A DNA stretch of 64,000 nucleotides from a virus (lineage: Duplodnaviria > Heunggongvirae > Uroviricota > Caudoviricetes). Within the stretch, counting starts at the first letter, position 1; each line of letters begins with the position of its first letter. The DNA is taken from the IMG/VR virus record IMGVR_UViG_3300050190_000017; one strand, given 5' to 3'. Of this stretch, positions 27,741-37,352 are shown one piece after another. The notes under the pieces were generated by a model that made no database searches, was not told where the DNA came from, and saw only the letters and a list, made by a program, of their open reading frames with translations. The translations under genes and the position numbers were made by a program.

Positions 27741-28154
27741 GTGAAGTCGCAGAAAGCAAAAGCAGCAGTCGCCCGTGACAAAGAACGGGCACGTAAGTTA
27801 CAAGAAGAGCAGCAAGTGGGAGCGCGTTTCCAAGCATTGAAGAGCATGACGTCTGGGTTCGCTAAGACGACTAGGAGCACAAAGGTTGAACGTGAATTCA
27901 TTCAGTCAAAGATGCCGGTGTACAGAACGTCAGGAATTGTGAACACCCGCAGTGCAGCCGAACGATTCCCGGTAACGGTGATGAAGGCGCAGCCTCGACT
28001 AACTGGCGAAATGGCAGAGCGTGAAGAAGCAGCCAAAGAGCGTTATCGTGAGATTCAGAATAGGATCGCACCTCCGGGGAATAAAATGGGCGATCAATTA
28101 CTATCCGAATCAGAGTACGCAGCTATGAAGCGCGGTGAACTAAGGAGAAGATAA
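27741..28154 (+). CDS. hypothetical basic protein (137 aa)
   Basis: ORF track; GTG start; AAGGATAAAC upstream. Confidence 0.5.
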   Translation: MKSQKAKAAVARDKERARKLQEEQQVGARFQALKSMTSGFAKTTRSTKVEREFIQSKMPVYRTSGIVNTRSAAERFPVTVMKAQPRLTGEMAEREEAAKERYREIQNRIAPPGNKMGDQLLSESEYAAMKRGELRRR

Positions 28155-28393
28155 TGGACCATTCGTGTGCAAGAGCTTTCGCTAAGTTCATCACCCTACG
28201 GTACAAGGATGCGGGAGCCCTGAAACATCTTCGGTTAGGCCAGCACTTCTGCAACCTGTTCATCAAGAGCCCCTGGCCTGAACTATATAATGAAGAGGAT
28301 CTTGCAAGGTCAACTTCGCTTATCACCCAGTGGCTAGAGGACAACCAGTACTACGATGAACTGCCACCTATTCTAAACGGAGATTCAAAATGA
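28154..28393 (+). CDS. hypothetical protein (79 aa)
   Basis: ORF track; AGGAGAAG SD. Confidence 0.5.
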   Translation: MDHSCARAFAKFITLRYKDAGALKHLRLGQHFCNLFIKSPWPELYNEEDLARSTSLITQWLEDNQYYDELPPILNGDSK

Positions 28394-28671
28394 AGACAGT
28401 AATTATCTGGGACATGTGCAGGCAAGAACCTTTGAGTTTCTTCATAGTGGCTGGAGATCAGTCTCACCTAGACAAGATCTTCATCAACAATGCGGATCAG
28501 GACATGAGCTTGCAGGACGAGCTTAATGATCTCATATATAATGAGGCAGGTCAGTATAAGCTCAAGCAGTATAAGCTCAAGCAGTATAAGCTCAAGCAGT
28601 ATAAGAAGCTACCGCGGAAGGCAATCGCCAATCCTACCAACAAAGTAATCATCTCCGGGTTCTTCCCATGA
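28390..28671 (+). CDS. hypothetical protein with QYKLK x3.6 tandem repeat (93 aa)
   Basis: ORF track. Confidence 0.5.
   Translation: MKTVIIWDMCRQEPLSFFIVAGDQSHLDKIFINNADQDMSLQDELNDLIYNEAGQYKLKQYKLKQYKLKQYKKLPRKAIANPTNKVIISGFFP
28552..28605 (+). repeat. 15-bp tandem repeat CAGTATAAGCTCAAG x3.6 (in-frame, coding)
   Basis: Read directly. Confidence 0.8.
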
Positions 28672-28985
28672 AAGAACTAGCTGAGTATCTACGTAGACGT
28701 GCAGCTGAGGAAGCTGAATGTCCATACTTTACGGTCCAGCAACATGCCAACAAATTACGGCGCTGGGCAGACGAGGTAGAGAAGCTGATTGAGAAGCAAG
28801 CCTGTGTGCAAGTCGAGTTCCCTAAGATGCAGAGTGCCACAGAGTTAGCCTACCAGGATGGTTGCAAATCTAGGGCTAACGGGAAAACACTTGAAAGTAA
28901 CCCGTACCAAACGCCTGCCTTACGCCAAGAGTGGGCTCAAGGCTGGCATTGGGGCCAGGAAGACCTCTATAGTAAAGGGAGCTAA
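28668..28985 (+). CDS. hypothetical protein (105 aa)
   Basis: ORF track. Confidence 0.5.
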   Translation: MKELAEYLRRRAAEEAECPYFTVQQHANKLRRWADEVEKLIEKQACVQVEFPKMQSATELAYQDGCKSRANGKTLESNPYQTPALRQEWAQGWHWGQEDLYSKGS

Positions 28986-28986
28986 C

Positions 28987-29211
28987 ATGACTAACGAGCA
29001 AATCGAGAAACTGTTTGAAAATCCGCACTTCCAGCATTGTATGTTCAACTTCATACAGGCGAAACTTCAGATTAGGGTCAGTGTAGAGGCAGGTGAGAGT
29101 AGAACAGGTGAGAGTAGAGTAAACGTCAGTGTAAATTTGGAAGGCCAACGTATCGACAGTCATAGCTATGACTACTTGCTTGGTGATTCTGATTCGAGTT
29201 CTATACAATGA
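28987..29211 (+). CDS. hypothetical protein (74 aa)
   Basis: GGGAGCTAACATG; internal ATG of track ORF 28858-29211. Confidence 0.45.
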   Translation: MTNEQIEKLFENPHFQHCMFNFIQAKLQIRVSVEAGESRTGESRVNVSVNLEGQRIDSHSYDYLLGDSDSSSIQ

Positions 29212-29603
29212 GCAAGCACACTGTAAAGTATAAAGACGTAACAGTTGCCTCTGGTACAAAGCTGTGGGATGCGCTCGAAGCTAAGGACGCAAAGCTTTCC
29301 GAGAAGCTCTACAAAGAGATGATGCAGGAGTTTCGTAAGTACAACCCGAAAAAAGTGTACACGATTGCAGATCGAGAGTCTCTCCAGCAGGAACACCAGA
29401 TTCTACTTAGTCGGTGGGCTAATGGAACAAGCGTCCGCCATGAACGGGATCGTCTAGTTGTAGTACGGAATGCTCTAGATGAAATCAACTCGTTAGAACT
29501 AAAAGTAGTAAAGGACTTCACACCTACACACGTCTCTATGGTACTTCTGCCTAACGGCGAAGTTGAATACGGTACGGGCGGCTACACTAAGGAACTGAAA
29601 TGA
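29208..29603 (+). CDS. hypothetical protein (131 aa)
   Basis: ORF track. Confidence 0.55.
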   Translation: MSKHTVKYKDVTVASGTKLWDALEAKDAKLSEKLYKEMMQEFRKYNPKKVYTIADRESLQQEHQILLSRWANGTSVRHERDRLVVVRNALDEINSLELKVVKDFTPTHVSMVLLPNGEVEYGTGGYTKELK

Positions 29604-29896
29604 AAATTCAATATGTGGCAGATGACGGCACCCCGTTTAATACCGAAGCAGAGTGCAAGGAATACGAGGGGGCAGCTAACCGTGGAGCACATCCTCGCTT
29701 CGTTATGGCCGTAGACTCGGCGTTGAGTTCTATAACAGACCTAGATGGTAGTGCTACCCGCATACTCTTCTTCGAGAATGACGTCCATAAGACAAAGGTC
29801 GCTATCGCTATTGCACGAAACTTAGACAAGCTTGTTGCCGTATACGAAGGTATAAGCACTGAGCGTAAGACGTTTAACAAGAAGGCTAAGAAGTGA
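29600..29896 (+). CDS. hypothetical protein (98 aa)
   Basis: ORF track; AAGGAACTGAAATG. Confidence 0.55.
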   Translation: MKIQYVADDGTPFNTEAECKEYEGAANRGAHPRFVMAVDSALSSITDLDGSATRILFFENDVHKTKVAIAIARNLDKLVAVYEGISTERKTFNKKAKK

Positions 29897-30282
29897 TAGG
29901 CTCGGCCTTACTCTGCCTAGCCCTCAACGTATTCTACGAAGCACGTGGTACAACAGTAATTGATAGAGAAGCAGTAGCTGCGGTAGCCCTTAATAGGGCG
30001 GAGAAGGAGCACCGCAGTGTATGTAACGTCATAGAAGAACCTCGCCAGTTCAGCTGGACTGCACACCATCGGCTAACAGCACCCAGGGTCAAGAATCCTG
30101 TTGAAAGGAAAGCGTGGTCTACCGCTATCACAACAGCAAGACGTGTTATGTACTCAAGGAGGACGCGCAGAGTATTCGCCCACGTAATGTACTACCACAC
30201 CCACTATGTACATCCTAGGTGGGGTAGCCATTACCGAGTTGCATTTGCCACTAATGCCCACATTTATTATTTGAGTTCCTGA
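29893..30282 (+). CDS. SleB/CwlJ-family cell-wall hydrolase (candidate endolysin)
   Basis: ALNVFYEARGTTVIDREAVAAVALNRAE...VIEEPRQFSW matches the Hydrolase_2 (SleB) signature. Confidence 0.7.
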   Translation: MIGSALLCLALNVFYEARGTTVIDREAVAAVALNRAEKEHRSVCNVIEEPRQFSWTAHHRLTAPRVKNPVERKAWSTAITTARRVMYSRRTRRVFAHVMYYHTHYVHPRWGSHYRVAFATNAHIYYLSS

Positions 30283-30527
30283 TGACCCCTGAAAACTTCG
30301 AGAAGCTAGAGCATCTCAGTGCCAGCCCTATTACCAAGGAAGTCACTCTTACCCTCAGTATTCAAGAGCATGCAGATGGTTCAACTACAATCAATGGACA
30401 GGCTATAGCCAAAGAGTATACGGTAACCGCACAGCGCGTTTGCCGTATACCACCACGGTGGGTACACGCCTCTGGTAGGGCGTTGAAGGATCTTATAGAA
30501 GATTACAATGAGATGATTAAGGAATAA
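30282..30527 (+). CDS. hypothetical protein (81 aa)
   Basis: ORF track. Confidence 0.5.
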   Translation: MTPENFEKLEHLSASPITKEVTLTLSIQEHADGSTTINGQAIAKEYTVTAQRVCRIPPRWVHASGRALKDLIEDYNEMIKE

Positions 30528-30529
30528 TC

Positions 30530-30880
30530 ATGGGCATTAGTATGGGAAGCAAATGCAGCAGTTCACCCTACGCAGCACCGAACAGCAACCCGGATCCCCT
30601 GAACTTCAAGGTGGTAAATCACTCTATAGTGAGGTGCAAAGCTAACGTCTGTTTGGTAGTAAAAGTTCACTACCCAGATGCTAAGAACTTCGAGGGCATG
30701 AAAGTCATGGTATACAGTGGGATCTACACTGTAAACGACCTACTGTCCCGTGTCTTAAACAAGCTCGATCCTCATTTTAGTGAAGTGGATATTAGTCCAG
30801 ACGCCCGCTTCCCGCCAACAGATGAAGGTTGGGGCAATGCCTTAGCCTTCGCTAAATTTCTAGTAGCGAAAAGATCATGA
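30530..30880 (+). CDS. hypothetical protein (116 aa)
   Basis: ORF track; AAGGAATAATCATG. Confidence 0.55.
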   Translation: MGISMGSKCSSSPYAAPNSNPDPLNFKVVNHSIVRCKANVCLVVKVHYPDAKNFEGMKVMVYSGIYTVNDLLSRVLNKLDPHFSEVDISPDARFPPTDEGWGNALAFAKFLVAKRS

Positions 30881-31008
30881 AAGCATACACTGATTACCCA
30901 TTCACAGAACTTGGCGACATCTCAGGCGAGAAAGCACCAATCAGAGAAGTCCGTGTCATCTCCAACAGCCTAATCCCGAAGCTTCGCGACTATCGCAAAA
31001 GGAAATAA
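30877..31008 (+). CDS. hypothetical small protein (43 aa)
   Basis: ATGA overlap; fills the gap before 31010. Below the track cutoff. Confidence 0.35.
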   Translation: MKAYTDYPFTELGDISGEKAPIREVRVISNSLIPKLRDYRKRK

Positions 31009-31009
31009 C

Positions 31010-31345
31010 ATGCTATATCTTGTGACAGATGACTTCGGCAAATCGGCATTCCTTAACTTGCCTTTCCTAGATCACAGTGATCGACTCTGGCTTTCCGCAG
31101 ACGGAATAATGGAAGCACAGACGGGTAAGGTGTTACGTGCGCCTAGTGGGAAGTACACATTCAATTCTAATGTGCCTCACGCAGAACCTATCTACGGTCG
31201 GACTAAACTTGGAAACGCCTTAGTAGGTGTGACTAAGACTTCCTGGCATCTAGGTTACTACGCGGATAACGGCTTCTGTATTCCTGGCCGAAAGGTCCTC
31301 GCTAACTATCACCTAATTGTGAAGCCACTTGTAAATAAGATTTAG
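31010..31345 (+). CDS. hypothetical protein (111 aa)
   Basis: ORF track; AAAGGAAATAACATG. Confidence 0.55.
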   Translation: MLYLVTDDFGKSAFLNLPFLDHSDRLWLSADGIMEAQTGKVLRAPSGKYTFNSNVPHAEPIYGRTKLGNALVGVTKTSWHLGYYADNGFCIPGRKVLANYHLIVKPLVNKI

Positions 31346-31359
31346 TAAGGGAGGAACTA

Positions 31360-31587
31360 ATGAAGCGTTATCTCAAAACCAAACTCGCAATCTTGCTGTT
31401 AGCAACCCTCGTAACAGTGTACGCAATGTTTGCAGGTATCAGTATCGCTTCCATGCTCACCCAAAGTGGTGACGCCTACGTTCTGTTACCCGCATTCGTC
31501 ATGCTCTACGCAGCGGCTATGTTCATACTGTGGTACATAGTGGCTCGTAGTTTTCGCAAACTCAACAAAATTAAGGATTCAGAATGA
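31360..31587 (+). CDS. membrane protein (75 aa, 2 TM)
   Basis: ORF track; GGGAGGAAC SD. Confidence 0.55.
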   Translation: MKRYLKTKLAILLLATLVTVYAMFAGISIASMLTQSGDAYVLLPAFVMLYAAAMFILWYIVARSFRKLNKIKDSE

Positions 31588-32429
31588 ACAAGAAGATCAC
31601 CCTTTCCCTGCTCTCCCTCGCGTTCCTCGCAGCCTGTACCAAAGTTCCTGTTGGGTACGTTGGCGTAAAGGTCAACAAGTATGGTTCAGGTTCGGGCGTG
31701 CAGAACCAAGTGTTGCAGCCGGGTAACACGTTCCAAGGTTGGAACACGCAAGTCTACTTGTTCCCTACGTTCACTCAGAACTATACGTGGACGGCATCCC
31801 TCGATGAAGGCAAGGCCAAGAACGAGTCGATCGACTTCCAATCGCAAGAAGGGACTAACGTTAATGCTGACTTCGGTATCACCTACCACATTGCAGAAGC
31901 CAACGTCCCCACGATTTTCCAGAAGTACCGGCAGGGCATGGACGAGATCACTGACGTGTACCTGCGTAACATGGTACGTGATTCTTTAGTAGAAGTTGCG
32001 GGCTCTATGACGCTGGATCAGATCAGTAGCGACCGTGCAAAGTTCATGACTCAGGTTAATCAGAAGCTAATTGCAAAGGCTTCCACGGTGGGCATTACTG
32101 TAGAACAGCTATCCTCCATTGGTAGCTTCCGTTACCCGCCGCAGATTGTTGCTGCTATGAACTCCAAGATGGCAGCGATTCAGAAGGGGATCCAAATTGA
32201 GAATGAAGTAGCGCAGACCAAGGCAGAAGCAGCGAAGCGTGTTGTGAACTCACTTGCTGACGTTACGGTTGCTCAGAATGAGGCACAGGCAACGGAATTG
32301 CGAGGTGCAGCTTTGGCAAAGAATCCAGAAGTGCTGACCCAGATGTGGATTGAGCGTTGGAATGGTGTGCAACCTCAGTACGTAGGGAGCGGGAACTCCC
32401 CGATCCCAACATTCCAGGTGAACAGGTAA
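31584..32429 (+). CDS. SPFH/band-7 domain lipoprotein
   Basis: Lipoprotein signal with lipobox LAAC. GYVGVKVNKYG...QPGNTF matches the SPFH fold, followed by a long coiled region. Confidence 0.55.
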   Translation: MNKKITLSLLSLAFLAACTKVPVGYVGVKVNKYGSGSGVQNQVLQPGNTFQGWNTQVYLFPTFTQNYTWTASLDEGKAKNESIDFQSQEGTNVNADFGITYHIAEANVPTIFQKYRQGMDEITDVYLRNMVRDSLVEVAGSMTLDQISSDRAKFMTQVNQKLIAKASTVGITVEQLSSIGSFRYPPQIVAAMNSKMAAIQKGIQIENEVAQTKAEAAKRVVNSLADVTVAQNEAQATELRGAALAKNPEVLTQMWIERWNGVQPQYVGSGNSPIPTFQVNR

Positions 32430-32545
32430 TGACAGAAGAACGAAAAGAAGCAGACCAAGCACTCTTTAAATGCGTTGACTACGATCTTACGATTAATCAG
32501 CTGCGGGAAATTGGTATGGCCCGACGCTCGGAACATAAGGAGTAG
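32429..32545 (+). CDS. hypothetical small protein (38 aa)
   Basis: ATG overlapping the TAA of 31584 (TAATG). Low confidence. Confidence 0.3.
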   Translation: MTEERKEADQALFKCVDYDLTINQLREIGMARRSEHKE

Positions 32546-32547
32546 CA

Positions 32548-32856
32548 ATGGGTGATCACGACGAGTGTAGTGGGCAGCTAGTGTTCAAAGTGTTGTTGCC
32601 CGCTTCTGAAATCCCAGTCAATAGTACCGTAACAAAGAGGACTGGTGAACACGAGTACACCTTGCTGGATCAGATAAAAGTCTACGCCGTAGACAAACAA
32701 CAGCAGGTTATCAACTCGGTGGGAGTACGCTATCTAGTAGGGGATCGCGGGAATATAAATGCTATAGCTGATACTACTGTTCTTTGTTGGCACGTAGAAG
32801 AGGAGGACTTATGCCAATTCCTCAATGACCGTGAGGCTACGAGGTTTTCCCAGTGA
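32548..32856 (+). CDS. hypothetical protein (102 aa)
   Basis: ORF track; TAAGGAGTAGCAATG. Confidence 0.55.
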   Translation: MGDHDECSGQLVFKVLLPASEIPVNSTVTKRTGEHEYTLLDQIKVYAVDKQQQVINSVGVRYLVGDRGNINAIADTTVLCWHVEEEDLCQFLNDREATRFSQ

Positions 32857-33047
32857 AAGCAAATCTAGATCATCTAACTATAACTAACATTATAGTAGTA
32901 ACGCTAACATTTCTAATCTTCTTATTCCTTCTAGGCTGGAGCGTAACCTGGAAGATTATGCTCACTATACTAGTGGTTAGCGTAGTGTTTGCAGTGGCAG
33001 CTGCTCGTTCTTCTGCTCCGGCTGATACAGGTTTCGGTGGGTACTAA
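32853..33047 (+). CDS. small membrane protein (64 aa)
   Basis: ORF track; GTG start. Confidence 0.5.
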   Translation: MKANLDHLTITNIIVVTLTFLIFLFLLGWSVTWKIMLTILVVSVVFAVAAARSSAPADTGFGGY

Positions 33048-33059
33048 CTAAGGAATAAT

Positions 33060-33302
33060 ATGGCAAAACTTCTAAAGCTGTCCGATGCTAAAGCGATCAG
33101 AATGAGTGGAGTGATCCTCAACGGGGAGCGCTTCGTGTCCCTTCGCCAAATGTACCAGACCAAGAAGAATCCAACTTGGCAGCACGGTCGGCAAGGCCTC
33201 AACATCCCGATTGACCAGGCAGATAAGATTGCGAAGTACATCAAACAGATTGCAGAGGGCGATGACTTTAAAGAAATTGAACTTGGTAAGGACAAAGAAT
33301 GA
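33060..33302 (+). CDS. hypothetical protein (80 aa)
   Basis: ORF track; AAGGAATAATATG. Confidence 0.55.
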   Translation: MAKLLKLSDAKAIRMSGVILNGERFVSLRQMYQTKKNPTWQHGRQGLNIPIDQADKIAKYIKQIAEGDDFKEIELGKDKE

Positions 33303-33529
33303 GTAAAGTACAGATCCTCACTAACGGAGCTTGGCTGGACTTAGCAGGGTTACAAGATGTGCGAGCTGGCGATAAGTTTCGTGTTCAGGAACGTTTAGAA
33401 GTTCTTGGTACCTGGGGGAAGACTAGAGAAGCTAAAGGTGATGCACAGCGTAAACCGCACCCAATGAGTCCTACTAATTTTGTATGGTGTGTGGACTCTC
33501 TGTATGAACCAATCCCTAAAAATTCTTAA
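33299..33529 (+). CDS. hypothetical protein (76 aa)
   Basis: ORF track. Confidence 0.5.
   Translation: MSKVQILTNGAWLDLAGLQDVRAGDKFRVQERLEVLGTWGKTREAKGDAQRKPHPMSPTNFVWCVDSLYEPIPKNS
33521..33528 (+). promoter_or_regulatory. TGTAAATA box
   Basis: Overlaps the stop of 33299, upstream of 33569. Confidence 0.4.
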
Positions 33530-33568
33530 CTGTAAATAACATAAGTAACCCCAACCAAGGAATTAAAG

Positions 33569-34369
33569 ATGAGCATGTCGTTAGAGCAGTACACCAACAT
33601 TGTCAACTCCAGTGCAGAAGAGTTCGCGGCAACTGGCTTGCCTATTGAACAGCTGTTTATGTTTCAAGTGTACAAGCAAAACAAGATGTACGATCTGCCG
33701 ATCAATAGTACACCCTCGCTGGACAACCTCGGGGAATCGCCTGTTCAGCGTATGACCGGGTTCATGAAGACCCTCCAGAAGGAGATGGACGAAGGTAAGG
33801 AGATCCTGGCCTTACTGGAGATGCGGGAAGCTCACATCCCCGCAGAGGGAAATAGTATTGTTGACTTCTTGGCAACGAGGGGTATCACTGGTATGCGGGG
33901 TACTAATCTCGCCCAAACTGTTATCCTCGCTAATCACAATGGTGACCTGGACAATCAAATCCTGGTTATGATCGCTGATTGGCTCGGTGATATGAACGTG
34001 TACAACCGTAGCGAAGCTCTGAAATACGGTATTCCGCTTGAGTCGGTTCTGGCTTGTATAATGGGTTCTAACTTCACCAAGCTCGGTGCAGACGGAATGC
34101 CTATCAAGGATGAAAACGGTAAGGTTCAGAAGGGTCCGAACTTCCAACCACCAGAAGCAGCTATCTACGCTACTATGTTCGATGATGGTTCGTTGATTGC
34201 AGAAGCTTGCGATATTGTGGAAGTAGCATCGTTGATTGAAGCAGTGACGTTGCCTATTCTGAAAGATCCTATGCTCGACGTTCTCATGGCTGCAGAAGCC
34301 TTGGAAGATGAAGACCTGGACATGGAAGACTATGATTCGGATGAGGACGAGGGACATGACAATGGCTAA
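33569..34369 (+). CDS. hypothetical protein with acidic C-terminal tail (266 aa)
   Basis: ORF track; AAGGAATTAAAGATG. Confidence 0.6.
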   Translation: MSMSLEQYTNIVNSSAEEFAATGLPIEQLFMFQVYKQNKMYDLPINSTPSLDNLGESPVQRMTGFMKTLQKEMDEGKEILALLEMREAHIPAEGNSIVDFLATRGITGMRGTNLAQTVILANHNGDLDNQILVMIADWLGDMNVYNRSEALKYGIPLESVLACIMGSNFTKLGADGMPIKDENGKVQKGPNFQPPEAAIYATMFDDGSLIAEACDIVEVASLIEAVTLPILKDPMLDVLMAAEALEDEDLDMEDYDSDEDEGHDNG

Positions 34370-34544
34370 TACTGTTGACGAACGTTTGAATGAGATTCTT
34401 TCCCTGATCTCTGAGTTGGCTAGGGATCATGATATTGATCTCGATGATCGCATGGCTGCAATGGAGCAAATCGAAGACCACACAAATGAGAAGCATGTGT
34501 GGTTAGAAGAACAGGTAGGTGAAGACGAGGAAAACGAAGGTTAG
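34362..34544 (+). CDS. hypothetical protein (about 61 aa)
   Basis: Track ORF 34308-34544. ATG at 34356 or 34362 after GAGGACGAGGG. Confidence 0.45.
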   Translation: MANTVDERLNEILSLISELARDHDIDLDDRMAAMEQIEDHTNEKHVWLEEQVGEDEENEG

Positions 34545-34568
34545 TAGTGTGGTAGAGAAGTGAAATCG

Positions 34569-34610
34569 AGGGCACGTATTCTTAGCGGAATACGTGCCCT
34601 CTTTTGCGTT
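34569..34610 (+). terminator. rho-independent terminator
   Basis: 13-bp stem AGGGCACGTATTC/GAATACGTGCCCT, loop TTAGCG, then CTTTTGCGTT. Confidence 0.75.
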
Positions 34611-34656
34611 ACGCCCGCAATTTCATTCTAAACATCGCTTCTTTAGGAACAATAGA

Positions 34657-36318
34657 ATGGACCAAACATTAATCACAGCCTCAGAGCTTCTGAACCTCCT
34701 CCAACCTCTTTTTGTTTTAATTGTTGACTACGTTAGCAACGGGCCGGAGAGCAAACCGGACAAGGAAACTGCCCAAGAACTAAAAAGCATTCCTAAAGCA
34801 ATCATCGCTAAGTGGGGAAAGCAACTTCCTTCCCTCCTTCCGTCCATCCAGGCAGCCCTTGCCGGCACGGGTAAAGCAGAACAGTTGGTACTCCTTGGTA
34901 CTGAGATCAAGGAGATGTTCGAGACGTATCGTGCGGAGAAGTCATTCACCTCTCAGGAGATCGACGTACTGAAAGCCCTCGGCCTGTACCTCCGTACCGA
35001 TAGTGAAGCCGCGCTCTCCAAGATTCAGAAGATGGCAGGTATAGTTCATAGTCCTTTCGTTAGCTCTCGGTTTGCTCCCAAACAAGGTCAACAGAAGAGT
35101 GACACGCTCCGCAAGCTAGTGTTCGAGATGGTCGGCCGTGACGACACCGCACTTACTATAGATGAAGCCAAACAGGTTAAGGAAACTCACCCAGAAGAGT
35201 ACGCACAGTACCAAGCATACCGCAAGGAGCACAACCAGGTGTGGAAGGATGCCGTAGTATCCTATGTGCGTAAATCCGGACATGACACAGTTCCCTACGA
35301 GGAGCTCTTGGCCTACCTACACGCCAATGGTATTGAGCACATGCTTCCTGTTGGATTCACAGGCGAGGTTGACGACCTGGGTAGGCTATACACCAACACT
35401 GGTAAGATGATCGACGGTGTCCCCTCGGCTATTATGTTCCCTACCATGATAATGAACAAGCAGTTCGGGAAAGAGGGTGGTAAGGATTTTGTGTTTCAGG
35501 CTATACGTAGCGATGGCGGCCCTGGTCCCTACTTCTACACTTCGGAGTACAAGAAGGAAGCAGCTAAGGCAAAGTTCCAGCACGTCGCTGACCTCGCACC
35601 CAAGATCTTGTCGATGCAGAAAGCCTGGTTCTCCAAGGTTAAACAATTCAAGATTACTGATGCTGAATGTGTAGCCGCCACCATCTTAGAGATCCTGTAT
35701 GAGTTTGCAGCCCGTGTTGGTACTCCAGGTGAAGCGACGTTCGGTGTATCCACCCTGCTGGTAAAACATATGGCTGTAGACCATGCTTCAGGTAACATCA
35801 CTATTCGCTACCTTGGTAAGGACTCCATCAAGACCGTGCATAAGTTGGTAGCGTCTGATCCTACACAGAAGTTTGTTATCAAAGCCTTACTCCAACTGTT
35901 AGCGGGCAAGCAGCCTAAGGACCGAGTGTTCACCGTGGACAAAAGCGCTCGTAAAGTCCCGGTTAATGCCAAGGACGCTAACGCTTACTTCAAAGAGCTA
36001 GGTGCCCCTGCAGGAACAACTGTGCACAAGCTTCGGACCCTGCGAGGTACTCATCTGTTCTCTGAGCTTATGGAGAAGGCTATGGAGAAGCCTCCCAAGG
36101 ACGAGCGTGCTGCACTCGCTATGCTAACGAAGATGGGCGAGCAGGTCGGTAAGTTGCTAAACCATATTAGAACAATGGCTAGCGGTGGAACTAAAGTCAC
36201 GGGCACAACAGCACTAGCCAACTACGTGGACCCAAGCATACAGATCATGTTCTTCCGGCAGTTAGGCTTTCGCATTCCTCGCTTCCTTGAAAAACACGAC
36301 ACAGAGGTGAAGGATTAA
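34657..36318 (+). CDS. type IB DNA topoisomerase-like protein with N-terminal extension
   Basis: ITIRYLGKDSIKTVHKL follows the F.F.GK....H pattern. KLRTLRGTH and ALANYVDPSI resemble the active-site tyrosine motif SKxNYLDPRI of TopIB. The ATG at 34657 has an AGGAAC SD; the track's upstream GTG lies in the terminator stem. Confidence 0.5.
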   Translation: MDQTLITASELLNLLQPLFVLIVDYVSNGPESKPDKETAQELKSIPKAIIAKWGKQLPSLLPSIQAALAGTGKAEQLVLLGTEIKEMFETYRAEKSFTSQEIDVLKALGLYLRTDSEAALSKIQKMAGIVHSPFVSSRFAPKQGQQKSDTLRKLVFEMVGRDDTALTIDEAKQVKETHPEEYAQYQAYRKEHNQVWKDAVVSYVRKSGHDTVPYEELLAYLHANGIEHMLPVGFTGEVDDLGRLYTNTGKMIDGVPSAIMFPTMIMNKQFGKEGGKDFVFQAIRSDGGPGPYFYTSEYKKEAAKAKFQHVADLAPKILSMQKAWFSKVKQFKITDAECVAATILEILYEFAARVGTPGEATFGVSTLLVKHMAVDHASGNITIRYLGKDSIKTVHKLVASDPTQKFVIKALLQLLAGKQPKDRVFTVDKSARKVPVNAKDANAYFKELGAPAGTTVHKLRTLRGTHLFSELMEKAMEKPPKDERAALAMLTKMGEQVGKLLNHIRTMASGGTKVTGTTALANYVDPSIQIMFFRQLGFRIPRFLEKHDTEVKD

Positions 36319-36320
36319 AC

Positions 36321-37352
36321 ATGAAACAATTCAAACTAAACGCAGCAGCACGATTGGTAGCATCCACTATTACTCAGGCAAAGGCTCCAGCAGCCAGTGA
36401 GTGGTGGCAACATCTAGAGCCCGACCAGAAGAAGGAGTACATAGAGGAACACCCCCACTCGAAGTACGCAGAGGACGCTATTCGAGAGGGCTCTAACGAG
36501 GAATCGAAATCCAAGAAGGATGAAGAGGAGTTGGGTACAGAGCCTGCGGCTAAGTCGCAGATTAATCCAGAGCACCGTAAGAAGATTGCAGGTGGCATTC
36601 GTAAACATGCCCCTAAGATTGCCAGCTTCCTTAAGAAGACATTTCCGCTAATCCATGAAGCTACCTCAGCCCTAAAGCATTTAGCCACCGGTAAGGCCCT
36701 AGAGGAAAACCACAAGGAAGCACTATACGACCTCGGTGGTGTAGCCCTCAAAGCTACTCTTAGCTCTGTTGTTGGTGTTCATGGTGCTCAGGTACTCGGC
36801 CGTATTGGTATTACCGCAGTTAACCACGCAGTGGAACACTTCAAAGAGAAGAAGGAACAGTCCGAGGGTAAGGATGACGTTGAGGTCTTCGTCGAGGCTT
36901 TAGCCGATGGTGTAGAGCAAGCTAAGGAAGCCCCGGTTCCTAAAGAGCATGCTGCACCTAAGAGTAGCTACCGTTCTGCTATCGGTCGGCACATCAGGAG
37001 TAAAGCACACCACATTACACAGGTGCTGGATAAGTCCTTCCAGCATATCAAGCCTGCTACCCAAGGTTTGGTTGCCCTAAGCGAAGGACAGAAGCTTTCG
37101 GATGAACAGAAAACCGCAATGAAGAGCCTGGGTAAGATTACTTTGGGCTTAAGTATCGCCGCACTACCTGGTGGACTGGCTGCCCACTTAGCAGCAGGGG
37201 TTGGCTCAGTAGCAATCACCCACGCATTCAAACTAATACAGAGTGGTAAGTTCAAAGATGGACACATCATCCACCACTTCGTAGAGTCGATTGGCGAAGG
37301 CTTGGAAGATGCCTTGCTTGAGCACACTGCTGGTGGTGAGGGGGAAGGATGA
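36321..37352 (+). CDS. KLNAAxRLLA-tagged protein, two internal repeats with Gly/Ala-rich segment (paralog of 37349)
   Basis: N-terminus MKQFKLNAAARLVAST. Repeated module ...KHLATGK...ALPGGLAAHLAAGVGS. Confidence 0.6.
   Translation: MKQFKLNAAARLVASTITQAKAPAASEWWQHLEPDQKKEYIEEHPHSKYAEDAIREGSNEESKSKKDEEELGTEPAAKSQINPEHRKKIAGGIRKHAPKIASFLKKTFPLIHEATSALKHLATGKALEENHKEALYDLGGVALKATLSSVVGVHGAQVLGRIGITAVNHAVEHFKEKKEQSEGKDDVEVFVEALADGVEQAKEAPVPKEHAAPKSSYRSAIGRHIRSKAHHITQVLDKSFQHIKPATQGLVALSEGQKLSDEQKTAMKSLGKITLGLSIAALPGGLAAHLAAGVGSVAITHAFKLIQSGKFKDGHIIHHFVESIGEGLEDALLEHTAGGEGEG

Noticed and set aside
28552-28605. Possible CRISPR-like or spacer repeats
   Set aside because: There are only 3.6 units of 15 bp, with no spacers. 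They are in frame and encode a QYKLK repeat.
34594-34656. Upstream GTG start of the TopIB-like ORF given by the track
   Set aside because: The GTG lies inside the terminator hairpin stem (34569-34610). The ATG at 34657 has an SD and a sensible N-terminus.
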